Shown: positions 38,897-53,917 of the stretch, piece by piece
How the letters are laid out: every line of letters starts with the position of its first letter
Position numbering within the stretch: the stretch's first letter is position 1
From: Eledone cirrhosa
Lineage: Eukaryota
Direction of reading: 5' to 3'
Assembly (NCBI GenBank): GCA_964016885.1
Contig: OZ024742.1
Span: 329,220,001-329,284,000 of the forward strand
Length of the DNA: 64,000 nt
Made by a program: the position numbers and the translations under genes
Notes under the pieces: model-generated
The model's database searches: none
What the model was told of the DNA's origin: nothing
The model's input: the letters and a program-made list of their open reading frames with translations, nothing else

Positions 38897-41180
38897 TTCT
38901 TTGAGTCTCAGTCATTGATGTTAGTTAACTGGAAAGTTTGTAGAAATGAATATCAAGGCACTACCTGCAGCCTCAGATATTCAGGACGTATCGGAGGTTT
39001 ATTGCTATTCCCAGCAAGCATGCCTTTTGAAGCGTTCCAAAAAGCGTGGCGGGGCCACTTTTCTTTAACATTCCCTGGAAACTTTTTGAGATAGTACTTA
39101 GTGCGCCTATGACAATCGGGACCACTTTCACTTCATGGCAGTTCCAAATGCTTTTTACCTCACACTTTAAGTCCTGGTATCGGTTAATTTTCTCCCTCTC
39201 CTTCTCTTGTACTCTCGTGTCGAATGGGACGGCCACATCCACAATCTGGCACGATATTTTTTCCTTGTCCAAAACCACCAGGTCAGGTCTATTGTGTTCT
39301 AATTTCTTGTCCGTCTGTATCCTAAAATCCCACAGCACATTCACCTGATCGTTTTCTATCACCGACTCTGGCTTATCCTCATACCACTTCTCAGAATGTG
39401 GTAAATTGTTTACTTTGCATAGGTGCCAGTGGATCACCCTGCCCATCACATCATGTCTCCAGCCCTTATAGTGAGTCTGGGCTAGGTGTTTACACTCGGA
39501 TACAATGTGAGCCACAGTCTCCTCACTCTCTCCACAGATCCTGTAAATATGGTGTTTCAACCACTTCGTTTTGAGGGCCTGCTCTTGCGCAGCCATTAGC
39601 ATTACTTCTGTAGCCTGTTTAAGGTCTCCTCTTTTCAACCAGTTCAATGTCTGTGGATGTCTGAATTCAGTTTTCTCAAAGAAGGTACTATGAAGGGATT
39701 GTTCATGAAGGCTGCTATTTCCCCTTGTTGTTATTTCCTCCTTGGACATCCCCTCGTCTATTGACCTCTCCTTCAGTACAATTCTGAGCATTGGCTCCTT
39801 ACTATCAGTCACGTATTTGTGTAGGTTGTTTTTCACCATCTGAACACGGTCCTCTATGCTGATAAGACCTCTTCCACCTTCAGATCTCCTTAAGTAGAGT
39901 CTATCGACATCACTCCTCTTGTGGAACATGTTGTAGATAGTCAATAGCTTCCTAGTCTCCCTATCCATTTCTTTTTGTTCAGCAACATTCCATCTCAGAA
40001 TTCCCGCAGTGTACCTAATAATAGACACAGCTCGGGAATTTACTGCACTTATTGCATTCCTACTGTTCAGATGTGACTTTAATACACTCCTTACTCTCCG
40101 AATATATTCAGATCTTATCAATTCCTTCATTATTTTGTTCTTGATGTAATTAGCCTCCATAACACCCACATACTTGTATCCTTCTTCAGTGTAAATTTCC
40201 TTCATCATCTCACCTGTTGGTACCTGAATTCCGTTGCTTCTGCTCAATTTACCCCTCTTAATCACAAGGACTCCACACTTACTAATACCAAATTGCATAC
40301 ATATATCATTGCTGAAAATACGGACAGTGTCAACAAGCACATCCAACTCCTTCTCACTCTTCCCGAAGAGCTTAAGATCGTCCATGAAGAGGAGGTGGTT
40401 GATGGTAAGCTCTCCCTTTCCCAACTTGTATCCTGCTCTCACTTTTCGCAGTATAATGTCAGGGGCATCAGGGCAAGTACAAACAACAGAGGGGACAGAC
40501 TATCTCCCTGGAAGATACCTCTCTTGATATTCACGCCTCCCAAGGATTCTCCAGCTGATGTTACCTCTGTTTTCCAGGACTTCATACTTTTGCCCAACAA
40601 CTGTCTGATGTTATCTGCCACCTTAAAGATCTCTAGGCTTTTGGTGATCTAAGAATGAGGCACCATGTCAAATGCCTTTTTGTAGTCTATCCATCCCATG
40701 GTAAGACCAGTGTGTCTCCCCTTGCAATTCCCCATTACCATTTTATCAATAAGTAACTGGTCCTTTGTACCACGGGACTTCTTTCAGCAGCCTTTCTGTT
40801 CGTCCGGTAACAAGTTGTTTGTGTGGAGGTGTTGGTAGATTTCCTCAGAGATAATGCTTGTCAACAGTTTCCACATTACGGACAGACATGTGGTAGGTCT
40901 ATAGTTGGTAACATCATTACCCTTGATTCGGTCTTTCATTACCAGAACTGTGGTACCTTTTGTCAACCACTCTGGTACCTCACCTGACATCAAGCAGTCA
41001 TTGAACATGGTCGTCAGTTTCGGGTGGAGGGATGTTATATTTTTAATCCGATACCCCTGCACACCATCTGGGCCTGGTGATTTCCAGTTGGTTATTATTT
41101 TGGCCTGCCCCTTAAGAGTTTCAACTGTGATACTCAAATCAGTTTGTTTGTGTGCCTGTTCACTAATCTCCTTTTCTACT
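38897..41180 (-). mobile_element. R4/Dong-like RLE retrotransposon, family 1 copy 1
   Basis: GIFQGDSLSPLLF, LLFMDDLKLF, RICGESEETVAHIVSEC, RHD, RPDLVVLD..IVDVAVP..EK..RY. 3' end abuts (TAA)n. Confidence 0.92.
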
Positions 41181-44100
41181 TTCTAATCTCCTTTCCCCAA
41201 GAAGCGAAGTCTCACTCTTTGGAAACCCTAAAGAGTGAGGAGATAGTCTTGGTGCCCTCCGAATGCGGGCAGAAAATTGTGAGTGTCAGAGTCCCCCAGG
41301 TCCCACCCGACATGCCCATACCTTGGCTGTCCGCGTCTGTCCTTGCTGGAATCGAGGACAGGACGACCATGCTGCAAGTAGAGAAAATAGGGAGAGAGAA
41401 CTGGTCAGGTATAGGCAATACATTCTTAAACAAACTGCCCAGGATATCATAGACATCGAGGAAGGACTCCATCTCCCTATAAGCATAGAAGGAAACGGCC
41501 AAAATGGTATCTCTGTGGGTCGAAGGGTCACCTCAGGGCCATTTGCTCGCAGAAGACAGCGAAGAAGAAGGCCCCTCTCGTTCCAATACGTGGTCCGCTG
41601 CTACCAAGAACAGGGTAGGCAACAAATACAGAAGTCCCTTCCACGGTGAGTAGGAGGGAAACGACCTTAGCACCCGTACCAAGGCCACGGACAACTAAAG
41701 CAGCAGCATCAGTGACGGCAAAACCAATCGCTACATTTGAAGTAGCTGCACCAGCAACACAATTGCCGGAGAGGGCTCCACTACCACCACCAACAGCCGT
41801 GGAGCACATACCCCTCCTAGACGCCACGGAATCCGACATGGTGTTTGAGGCGGGAGTGAAGTGGCAAACGGTCTGTCACAAAAAAACAAAAAACATAAAA
41901 TCCCTTCGATTCACACTCCAAAAGCGAAGGCACACAAAGAGGGGTAAAGGCAGCAAGGAAACTTGCAGCAACACCACCACCACCTAGTGGATAGGGGAGG
42001 AGGTGCAAGTGCCTCACCAACCTGCTCAGACGTTTTGAACTGTCTGACAGGTATCGACTGGATCACCCGAATGTGCCAATGTGGACATGGACAAACCGCA
42101 TCGGGTAATCCAGATCGTATCTCGATAGGGTATTCTGCAGAATAAGGCTAGTAGAAATTGTCCACAATTTAAATGAGTCGACGACACAGACCACACATTT
42201 GTGATCTGTGAGATCGATATAGACAGACTTCATAGACAAGGGCCCTGTTACTGGAAGCTGAACGCGTCTTTCCCGGCACACAAAGCCTACAGAGACCGGA
42301 TTAGCGTATTAGTTAAGCAGGCGTTGACGGGAGCGGTCGTCAACAACAGGTGGTGGTTCGCCCTGAAAAGGGCAATTAAAGTAGAGTCGATTAGGTTTAG
42401 CAAAGGAGTAGTGATAGAGGAAAATAGGGTAGAGGGAGAGCTAGTAAGAAAGCTAGAATAGGCGTTTAGGACAGGCATCGAAAACGACGTGCTTGCGGCG
42501 AGATGGGCACTCAACCAATTCTTCAACGCAAAACACGAAGGCTGCGTTGTCAGAGCTAGAGCGCGTGCTCTGAAACACGAGGGGACAAAATCCGTCCAAT
42601 GGGCCCGGGTGGCAGAGGTGCGACATGGCAACAAAGCCACAGTTCGGTCTTTGCCTGACCAAAACGGGTGCGTGTTGCTCGAACCCGAGCAGATGTGTGA
42701 AGCTTTTTAGCAGCACTTTGCTGAACTGTTCGGGAGCAGCGGCGAGCCGGATCGGGCATGGCCTTCAGTGTATACCTAGACGGACTGCCCCGGCTCTCCA
42801 CGACCGCAGCACAGTGTTGCGAAAACTAATAACAGCCGGTGAAATACGGGAAGCGATGGCTAACCACACGATGGGTAAATCGCCGGGTTTGGATGGTCTG
42901 CCCTACGAGCTTTATGCATTTATGCCAGACTTGTTCGGTGACCTCTTGGCAGACATCTACTGCAACTGGCAGCAGACTGGGAGCATTCCCAGTTTTGTGA
43001 GCTGGGGAGCAGTGGCGCTGCTGAGAAAATACCCGAACAAGGAGGATGTTATCGATAATTTCAAGCCCATAACCCTGCTAAACGCAGAGTTCAAGATTTT
43101 GGCCAAGGTGTTAGCAACGAGGTTGGCGCTTGTCGTCAAGGGTCTAATAGGAGAGGCGCAGACATGCGCTATTCCGGACAGATCCATACACGACAATCTC
43201 CACTTCTTGCGACACATCATAGAGAGGGTGGTTAAGGAATCTGGCACGGGTGGGGCCCTGATCAAAATGGATCAATTCAAAGCATTCAAGAGGGTCGACT
43301 ATCGGTACCTGGCGGCGGTCCTAGAGGCTGCCGGTTTCGGGCGCGTTTTCGGGGTTGGATCGCTGCGATGTACAGCAACATCTGGTCAGTTGTGAGGGTA
43401 AATGGCTACCTGTTTCAGCCTTTCAGCATCATGCGCTCGGTCCGACAGAGTTGTCCCCTCTCGCTCGTCCCTCTTGTACGTATTGGCTCTCGAGGCGTTA
43501 CTGCACAAAATGGGGGCGATGTAGGGTGTCCCACGCGAACTAGGATGCGGGAAATCCGAGTCGGCTTGCGCCGACGACGTCACCTTTATGGTGTCGAGCA
43601 CCAGACACGTCCAGATGCTCGGCACCGCACTCAATGTATACGTAGCGGTCACAGGAGCAAATATATACCAGGAAAAGTCGGTGGGCTTGCAGTGCGGCAC
43701 CTGGAAAGGGAAGTCCATGCCGTCCGACAGCATCGTGGGGCGTTGGACGGACAGAGCGGTTAAATTTCTCGGGGTCTGGTTCGGACCGGACCTCCAGATG
43801 GAGAAAAACTGGAACGAGGTGACGAGCAAGGTGGCCTCCCTCACCCAGAAATGGGCCGAGAGGGAGAAGTCTCTGAAAGGCCGGGTGGAGGTGCCGAATG
43901 CGTACATCGCATCCGTCCTCTGCTACCGCCTCACCGTCGTCCCTTGACACGGCCCAACTCTCACCAAAATGGAGCGCCTCCTCTTCCGCTTTTTGTGGAA
44001 GGGACGCGCTCCCATGGTCAGACGATCCATCTGCTGTCAACAGCCGTTGCGTGGAGGACTGGGAATGCCATGGCTGATGATGCGCAAACATGCGCTGAGG

Positions 44101-44879
44101 CTGCGACATCTCTGGTGCTTCCTAGACGGTGAACAGGTGTGGTTGCCGTTCGCCAGGAACATATTCCAACAGCTCGTCTCCTTGACGGAGCTGAAGTCCT
44201 GGGTCAGAAAAAGACCGAGCATTGCTGATTTGTGGACCTATGTCGAACAGTTGCTGTCGCGTGTAGGACTGATCCGCTTATTTACTGAGTCCATTGTGCA
44301 GATAGTCTCACCGTCTTCCTTCGAGGAGGAAGGGCAGGCGGTTTCCATCTGCCTGGTGGCCATGGCGAAAGAGATTGTGTGGTGGACAAGGATGAAAGGG
44401 TTAAAGACAGACACTTTCCTCTTCGGTGACTCCCTAATTAACTTTTTCAAGTTTCATTTGAAGAGGAAGATCAGGGTGGAGAGGCAAGTGCTGCCTTCTA
44501 GCAAGTTTGTTGAAAGGTGGGTGAATGTAGCGAGAATGTTGAGAGATGGAAAATTGAGAGAGGGCGCTTACCCTGGTGGTCAGGATGGCCGTGGTTATTT
44601 GTGTGGTTTTCGCCGAGTAACCCTCGGAGGTTTCCCCCCTATTTGTGAATTTTTCATTGTTTGAATTTTCATTTTTATTGTTTATATATATGTTTCTATG
44701 TCTTTTTTTCTTTTCTTATATAAATAATAAAAATATTTAAACGCACAAACCCACATCGTACAGTCCTGTACCGTCCTGTGCCGTTTGTAATGTTTTTCTT
44801 AATATCAGCCCTTGTGGCCAATAAAGAAATAATAATAATAATTATTATTATTACTATTATTATTATTATTATTATTATT
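41181..44879 (+). mobile_element. L1/Tx1-type LINE, copy 2 (ORF1 remnant, partial APE, RT)
   Basis: ORF1 knuckle (W)YLCGSKGHLRAIC at ~41500-41546, APE end GPCYWKLNAS, RT motifs, same 3' end CCCTTGTGGCCAATA plus (AAT/ATT)n. Lacks the zinc-finger segment (deletion near 44220). Confidence 0.9.
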
Positions 44880-45392
44880 TGCTGTCACAACTTTTGCTAG
44901 GCGAATATGTTAGTCATTGTTTGGCCTATCAAAAGCAATTATTGTGCATAGAATAATTTTGACAGTGACGAAAGCGTGTAGTGATGTGTCATGAAGAATG
45001 TCATATTACCTGAAGAATTTGTTCAAAATAAGGACAAGAGAAAAGTGACATTCACCTGTCTCATAGCACATGAAAAAAATGATCAACACTTGCTGAGAAT
45101 GCAACTGGAGAAACCAGATTCGATGGGTTAAACAATGCTTTTTCTATCAACGAACTCATGCTAGAAGAGAAAGATTAGTGAGGGAGAGAGAGGGGGAGAG
45201 TGAGAGAGAGTGAGAAAGACTGAGAGAGAGAGTGATACAGTGATAGATAGAGAGAGAATGAGATTCTGAGAGGGAGAGGAAAAGTAGTGAATTAAGAGTA
45301 GTGCTCGGAACTTATAGAAGCTATCCTTTCTGACGCTCTAACAACTTCTAATTAGCCGTCATTGCCATAATCAACATTAATATTATCGGCGC

Positions 45393-45610
45393 CGTGGATG
45401 GCAGATTCGGTAGTGCATCGGACAACATGCTTAGCGACATATAGTTACGGCTCTTTAAGTTCTGAGCTCAAATCCTGCCGAGACTAGCTTTGCCTTTCAA
45501 CCTTACAAGATCGATAAAATGAAGTACCAGTAATGCATTCGGGTAGATTTAAACTACTTTCCCCTCCCCAAAAACTGTTGGCCTTGTACCCAAAGAAGAA
45601 ACCAATATTA
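45393..45610 (+). mobile_element. SINE family 1
   Basis: TGGCAGATTCGG...GAGCTCAAATCC...TCGATAAAATGAAGTACCAG. Confidence 0.75.
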
Positions 45611-45919
45611 TCGACGCCATCGTCATTGTCAACTATTCATCATAAATAGGATTATTATCACCTTCACCTACTCCACTAGCAAAACCATTGCGACTACGTC
45701 GTCCATTAGAAAACCATCACAGCATCAATACGGACCGCACCTAAGCTACCACTACCACCATTATCAGCATACCACTACAGACATCAAAACTACGAGAATC
45801 ATGAACAAACGAATACTGCCTTCACCACTTCAACACTACTAACATCATGCCTTCATTTGCAGCACACCCATCACCTCCGCCCATACAATCTTGCAGAGGC
45901 CATCACCTGCATGAAAACA

Positions 45920-46107
45920 CAACATAACTCTTACCATCATCAACACCATCACAAACAGCAGCAAAATCAACACAATCCACATGGTCATATTACCACCAGA
46001 CTACCATAACAAACACATCACAACAGCCATCAGCACCAACTTGAACAGGGAAAACCACCACCACCACCACCACCACCACCACCACCACCACCAACAACAA
46101 CAGCAGC

Positions 46108-46189
<82 letters not shown>

Positions 46190-46370
46190 CCATCAACAAC
46201 AACAACAACAGTAGCAACATCAACAACAGTAGCAACATGTATCCAGAATTACAACCATCATCATCTCTACCATCATCAGGCCACTATAATAATTACCACC
46301 ACCACCCCCGGGTATGAACATAATATCATCTCTAACACCATCACCATCATCACCATCGACATCATCAACT
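45920..46370. repeat. (CAC)n/(CAA)n microsatellite with CAT-rich flanks
   Basis: Visible runs; the polyH/polyQ ORF is a repeat translation. Confidence 0.9.
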
Positions 46371-47456
46371 TGAACAGGCGATTTTTGGTCATGTTCTACG
46401 TTTCCATTTCCATCTTATTCTGCATCAGCACCACTACGACAAATACAACTGTCATCACTAGAAACATCGTCATACACATCACTACAGCTGTTGCAATCAT
46501 AACAAGCGCAACTTCCAGCAGCGCTACCTCAACAATGTCATCCTCATTATAACCATTCATAACAACAACAGTACGAATAGCATCTTATTCAACTTCGAAT
46601 ACAGTATCACTTTGATAACGTTAATTGTTTGCAAATCATTATCAATAGAACCGCCTCCTTTAATTTAACGTACTTCAGCTACAATGGAGAAGATCATTCT
46701 GTCAAAGACATAATCAAATGGAACGTTTGTTAGGCACCCATACCCATACCCACCGTAGACACATAACAAATCTTGTCAAAATATCATATAACCACAACAC
46801 AACATTTACATAATCAAGATAATTGACAGCAAAATTAGCGCTGGAGTAAAGATAATGAACATACTTTGCCAGTTCCCATGAAAAGGTGGGCATTAATCAG
46901 CGTCTAACTTCACCATAATTTGTCAAACATGCACGAATTATAGAATAATTTATATCAATAAAATTCCAGTAGGAAGAACCGTTCAGTTATTTCCTCATGG
47001 TATACATTACGGAGGTAGAACTGGATATAGAATCTTTCGTTCAATCATATTCGGCACAGAAAATTAGAAATAATATAAGTAAACATAATTGCAAGAAGTT
47101 CTCGATAATAATCATTGTTAGCTTTCAATTGACAAACAACCAAAAACAATGTGGGATAATGTACATGTACTGGTGACCAACACGTATTTCATAAAATTAG
47201 ATATTCAATGCCTTAATAAAGTATGTTATGGTAACATATTCTCACGCACACAAACCCACACACGTATTATCAACATGCAAAAATTAATGGAAGATTACAA
47301 TAGAAAACAAAAACTATAATAATATAATGCTAAGTTAGTACAACACTTAGTCGAGTACGAAAACACTTAACGTTTCCGACGCTGTTCCTTCTTTAAGAGA
47401 TAGAAACACGGTAAAGATAGATCAGTCATCTATCCCTCTCAATGCCCCTGTCTCTG

Positions 47457-47816
<360 letters not shown>

Positions 47817-48001
47817 TGAGAGAGAGAGAGAGAGAGATAGAGAGAATGTTTAAGTATCGCGAGAGAGAAAAAAGGAAAGATAGGCGATACATATATTTAG
47901 TTGGCAATAGTTTGCCAGATGTGCTCAATATTCGTGCCTACAGAGTTAAATATTAGAAGCGTCAATATTTAGTGGGCGAGAAAAAATAAGCAGAGTGATT
48001 A

Positions 48002-48393
48002 TAAAATAAATGAATACAAGGAGTTTAAAACCGTTAAAACATGTTTATATAACAGTGCACATACGTACGTTTCGCCCGGAATGGGATTATGAAGGGCATG
48101 AAAAACAAAAAAAGGATCAATACACGACCCAGGAGGGGTTTCATGGATAAATTCACATCAGAGTTTATTCTTCGCCTACGTGCATGTGTTGTTATTATCG
48201 CAGAGCAGGGGGAGTAACTTTGGGCGGTAAACAATGAGCTCGAATGTGAATTTAACCGTGAAACCCCTCCTGGGTCGTGTATTGATCATTTTGTTGTTTT
48301 CCATGCCCTTGATAAGCCCATTCCGGGCGAAACGTACGTAGGTGCACTGTTATATAAACATGTTTTAACGGTTTTAAACTCCTTGTATTCATT

Positions 48394-48399
<6 letters not shown>
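48002..48399. mobile_element. Fold-back element family E with degenerate hammerhead
   Basis: About 160-bp arms (48002-48165/48237-48399). GCCC-TTGATAA-GCCC(ATTCC)GGGC-GAAA-CGTACG-TA-GGTGC at 48305-48345. Confidence 0.75.
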
Positions 48400-48475
<76 letters not shown>

Positions 48476-48668
48476 ATTATATATATTTATTAAAATAACA
48501 GATTAAAGTTTAAGCAAAGAATCGCTGCTTTCACCCTTAACGGGATCTTCTGAAACTGTTATTTTAATAAATATTTGCTCTAGGGTTCTTATATATCTGA
48601 TATATATTTATCCTTATTGAGCCCTCTTTGGATTTTAGTCTTCAAAATTATTAATATTATTATTTTTA

Positions 48669-48736
<68 letters not shown>

Positions 48737-51503
48737 GTTATTACTCTTTGAGTCACAGTCATTGATGTTAGTTAACTGGAAAGTTTGTTGAGATGAATAT
48801 CAAGCCACTACCTGCAGCCTCAGATATTCAGGACGTATCGGAGGGTTCTTTCTGTTCCCAGCAAGCATGCCTTTTGAACCGTTCCAAAAAGCGGGAAGGG
48901 GCCAATTTCTTTAACCATCCCTGGAAACTTTTTGAGATAGTCCCTAGTGCGCCTATGACAATCGGGACCACTTTCACTTCATAGCAGTTCCAAATCCTTT
49001 TTACCTCCCACTTTAAGTCCTGGTATCGGTTAATTTTCTCCCTCTCCTTCTCTTGCACTGTCGTTTCGAATGGGCAGTCCAAATCCACAATCAGGCACGA
49101 TTTTTTTTCTTTCTCCAAAACCACCAGGTCAGGTCTATTGTGTTCCAGTTTCTTGTCCGTCTGTATTCTAAAATGCCACAGCAACTTCACCTGATCGTTT
49201 TCTATCACCGCCTCTGGCTTATGCTTATACCACTTCTCAGAATGTGGTAAATTGTTTACTTTGCATAGGTGCCAGTGGATCACCCTGCCCATCACATCAT
49301 GTCTCCAGCCCTTATAGTGAGTCTGGGCTAGGTGTTTACACTCGGATACAATGTGAGCCACAGTCTCCTCACTCTCTCCACAGATCCTGCACAGTGGGCT
49401 AGCCTCCTTGTAAATGTGGTGTTTCAACCACTTCGTTTTGAGGGCTTGCTCCTGCGCAGCCATTAACATTCCTTCTGTAGCCTTTTTAAGGTCTCCTCTT
49501 TTCAACCAGTTCCATGTCTGTGGATCTCTAAATTCAGTTTTCTCAAAGAAGGTACTATGAAGGGATTTTTCATGAAGGCTGCTCTTTCTCCTTGATGTTA
49601 TTTCCTCCTTGCACATCCACTGGCCTATTGTCCCCTCCTTCAGTACAGCTCTGAGCATTGGTTCCTTACTATCAGTCACGTATTTGTGTAGGTTGTTTTT
49701 CTCCATCTGAACATAGTCCTCTATGCTGATAAGACATCTTCCACCCTCATATCTCCTTAAGTAGAGTCTAACGACATCACTCCTCTTGTGGAACCTATTG
49801 TAGATAGTCAATAGCTTCCTAGTCTTCCTATCCATTTATTTTTGTTCAGCAACATTCCATCTCAGAATTCCCGCACTGTACCTAATAATAGACACAGCTC
49901 GGGAATTTACTGCACTTATTGCATTCCTACTGTTCAGATGTGACTTTAATACTCTCCTTACTCTCCGAATATATTCAGATCTTATCAATTCCTTCATTCT
50001 TTTGTTCTTGATGTCATCAGCCTCCAGAACTTCATACTTTCCCAGGACTTCATACCTTTGCCCAACAGCTGCCTTATGTTATCTGCCACCTTGAAGATCT
50101 CCAGGCTTTTGGTGATCCAAGAATGAGGCACCATGTCAAATACCTTTTTATAGTCTATCCATCCCATGGCAAGACCAGTTTGTCTCCTCTTGCAATTCCT
50201 CATTACCATCTTATCAATAAGTAACTGGTCCTTTGTACCACGGGACTTCTTTCGGCATCCTTTCTGTTCGTCCGGTAACAAGTTGTTTGTGTGGAGGTGA
50301 TGGTAGATTTCCTCAGACATAATGCTTGTCAACAGTTTCCACATTACGGACAAACATGTGATAGGTCTATAGTTGGTAACATCATTACCCTTGATTCGGT
50401 ATTTCATTATCAGAACTGTGGTTCCTTTTTTCAACCACTCTAGTACCTCACCTGACATCAAGCAGTCATTGAACATGGTTGTCAGTTTCGGGTGGAGGGA
50501 TGTTATGTTTTTAATCCAATACCCCTGCACACCATCTGGGCCAGGTGATTTCCAGTTAGTTAGTTTTTTGGCCTGCCCCTTACGAGTTTCAACTGTGATA
50601 CTCAAATCAGTTTGTTGGCGTGCCTGTTCACTGATCTCCTTCTGTACTGTCTCAATCCACACTGCCTGGTCATTATGTTTGACATCCTGCTCCCATATTC
50701 CTCTCCAGAATGTTTTAGTTTGTTCCGCATCAGGGATCAAGTCGTTGCCTCTTTCTTACCCTTCAAGCTGTCCAAACAGCATCTTCTGGTTGTTGTCGAA
50801 CATGCGGTTCTGTCTATACTGGCTGACTCTGTTCTCGTATCGCCTGATTTTTGCACTTTTTGCTACAATGCGTTGCTTCAGTTCCTCTATGATAATATTT
50901 AGCTTTTTCCTCCTAGTTTTGTACTTTATTTCCAGTCTATTTTTAGTGTCTATGTTTTTTAATGTCCCATTCAGTAGGGACTCAAGCTTTCCAATGTCAT
51001 TTCTCATTTCCCTGATTTGAACACTCAGTCGTTTCTTCCACCAAGGCTCTGCTCTTTCTTGTCTGTTGTTTCCTCTCGCTTTTATACCAAATAGTTTCCT
51101 CACCGTATTTTCTGTTGCTTTGAGGATATTGTTGCACTGGTGAAGGCTCCTCGCCTCAAGGTATGGGATGACTTTGTTTACCTTAGCTGTTGTTTCTTTT
51201 AACTTTTTCCTGTCTACAAATCTTAGGTTCATAGGTCTCCCACTATCATTGTTCAATTCCTCTACCTCTAAGTTTAGGTTATCTACCAAATCTTGTCCTA
51301 GCCCGTCAGCATTGATCTCCTCAGTGGCCGTATCTCTGTTCCAGTTATTATTTATCTCAGCATTCAGATCATTGTCTGTTTCGGGTGGTTCCACCGTTCC
51401 TCGACCTCTTCACCTTAATTTCCCACTGGCTCGTTTGCCTGGCATACTCCACCCTCCATCTCGAAGCTAATCTCTCTGCCCAGTTCCTCCAGTTCCAGCT
51501 CGC
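48737..51503 (-). mobile_element. R4/Dong-like family 1 copy 2 (longest; RT core deleted)
   Basis: N-terminal PWWKKRL region, RT0-4, CCHC CRICGESEETVAHIVSEC, RLE. About 410 bp containing the FMDD motif is missing near 50025. (TAA)n on both sides. Confidence 0.92.
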
Positions 51504-51523
51504 TTATTATTATTATTATTATT

Positions 51524-53917
51524 TGCATGTATCTTGCTTTATGTTTATACGAGTTATGACCAAGTCACAACCAGTGACCTCAAGAGACAACAAGGTCCGC
51601 CATGTTCAAGAAAGAACATACATATTCACACATGCATCCTTAGTGTTTAGACTTGTGATGTACTTATATTGACAGGATCTTCCTTAGTATATGGGCAGTT
51701 CCCATTAGTACTATCTGTTGTATTTCTCCTATACGCGGGTTTCCTGGGATTTGCGATAAGTAGTCGTTAGACCCCTTAGGTATCATTCCAAGAGCGCCTA
51801 CAACCACTGGTATTGTTTTAGTTCTCAATTTCCACATTTTTCCAATTTCTATCTCCAGGTCCTTATACTTGCTCAATTTTTCAAATGTTTTTATAGATAC
51901 ATTCTTGTCTATTGGAGCAGACATATCAATTAGCAGGCATACCCTCCTTTGAAAGTCCTTCAATATTATATCAGGTCTATTTGCATCTATTTTTCGGTCT
52001 GTTTGGATGCTAAAGTTCCACAAGATTGAGATGTGATCTTTTTCAAGTATGGGAGGTGATTGATGCTCCCACCAATTCTTTTGATGGGGCAGGTCAAAAT
52101 GCTTACACATTATCCAATGTATGTATTGTGCAGCTCTGTCATGCCTGTTTAGGTATTCGGTTGGAGCTATAGGACTGCACATTGAAATGATATGGTCAAT
52201 GGTCTCTGGTTGTTTTTTGCATACACGGCATAATGGGCTGCACCCATTTTTTATTATGTTGGCTTGGTAATTTTTTGTTGGCAGACACTGATCTTGTGCC
52301 GATATAATCAGTCCTTCAGTCTCCGATTTCAGTCCAGAGGATGCCAACCACTGATGGGTTAAAGTTTTGTCAACATCAGGATTGTTAGCTCGCTCTGGGT
52401 ATTTTCCATACAGAGGCTTTTCTTGCCATTTCTTAGCCAGTTTCTGTAGCAGTTCTTTCTTTGCAGTTACTTTTACCTGCTTTGCTTTTTCTGTGTTTTC
52501 CATTTCAGCAGTAAATGGGACTTCTGAAATTTGTAGTCCATTACTGTATCTTTGTGCATCTTTTGTAATGGAATATGATCTTTTGGTGCTTTCGTGTTTC
52601 AAAACGAGTTTGATCATCCAATCATGTGATTCCCTTAGATATGTGGATAATACAATTGTTGCAGTTTTCAACGCAATGTCTAACTGGATTAACCCACGTC
52701 CTCCTTCTTTCCTAGGGAGATATATTCTATCTATATCTGCCTTAGGGTGATGCATTCTGTGCATGGTTAAGAATTTTCGGATTTTTGTATCGAGCCTACG
52801 GATCTCTGTGCTTGACCGGTTGATGACATTGTAACTGTAGGTTACTACTGGTATGGCAAGCGTGTTTATGGCATCGATCCTATTCCTTGCATTCAATTCC
52901 GTTCTTAAGATTGCTCTGACTCTGCGGTAACATTCTTTCCTTATCCTTTCCCTCATTGTCGAGTGCTTGATTCCGTCTCCTTCACAAACACCTAGATATG
53001 TGTAAGTTTTTTCTTGATCAAGCTCTCTTATCACGTTCCCCCGATCAAGATTAATGTCTGAACTCTTCAGCAGCTTTCCTCTGGTGAACGTTGCTTTGGC
53101 GCATTTATCCAGTCCAAACTCCATTTTAATGTCATGACTGAACTGCTTCACAGTGGATAATAGCCCTTGCAATTGTTCATCATTTTTTGCAAATAGTTTC
53201 AGGTCATCCATGTAGAACAGGTGATTAATGGTTTTGTCATAGACTCTATATCCATGTTTTGTTTCATTGAGCATTTTACTTAATGGTATAAGTGCGATGC
53301 AGAATAAAAGCGGTGATAAAGAGTCACCCTGAAAAATTCCACAATTAATGTTAACTTCTCCAGCTTCCAGTGATTTTGTTTCACTATTCAAAAGGAGTGT
53401 CGTTCTCCATGTCCTCATACTGAATGACAAAAACCTCCTGACAACGGGGGATATTTTGAAAATCTCTAAACATTTTTCAATCCAACTGTGTGGCAAACTA
53501 TCGAATGCTTTTTTATAATCTATCCAAGCAATCGATAGCATTTTGTGTCTATTATGACAATCTTCCAGTATCATTTTGTTAACCAGAAGCTGATCCTTAC
53601 AGCCATATGAGCCTCGTTTACACCCTTTCTGCTCAATGGGAAATAGGTCATTTGTTATCAGGTGGTCATATGTGTATTCAGTTAGGACTGATGTTAAAAT
53701 TTTATACATTGTGGTCAAGCAGGTTATCGGTCTGTAATTTTTGGGATTGTTTGTCTCATCATTCTTCGGTAGCAGGAATGTAATGCCGTTAACTAGCCAT
53801 GATGGTATCTTTTCTGGCTCCTTAACTATTTCATTGTAAAGTTGGGCTAACAGCTCCTGAGACTCTGTGAAGGCATTTATCCAAAAGTTTTGTATTTTGT
53901 CTTTTCCTGGGGATTTC

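Noticed and set aside
45981-46238. PolyH/polyQ ORF
   Set aside because: Pure (CAC)n(CAA)n microsatellite within a low-complexity region.
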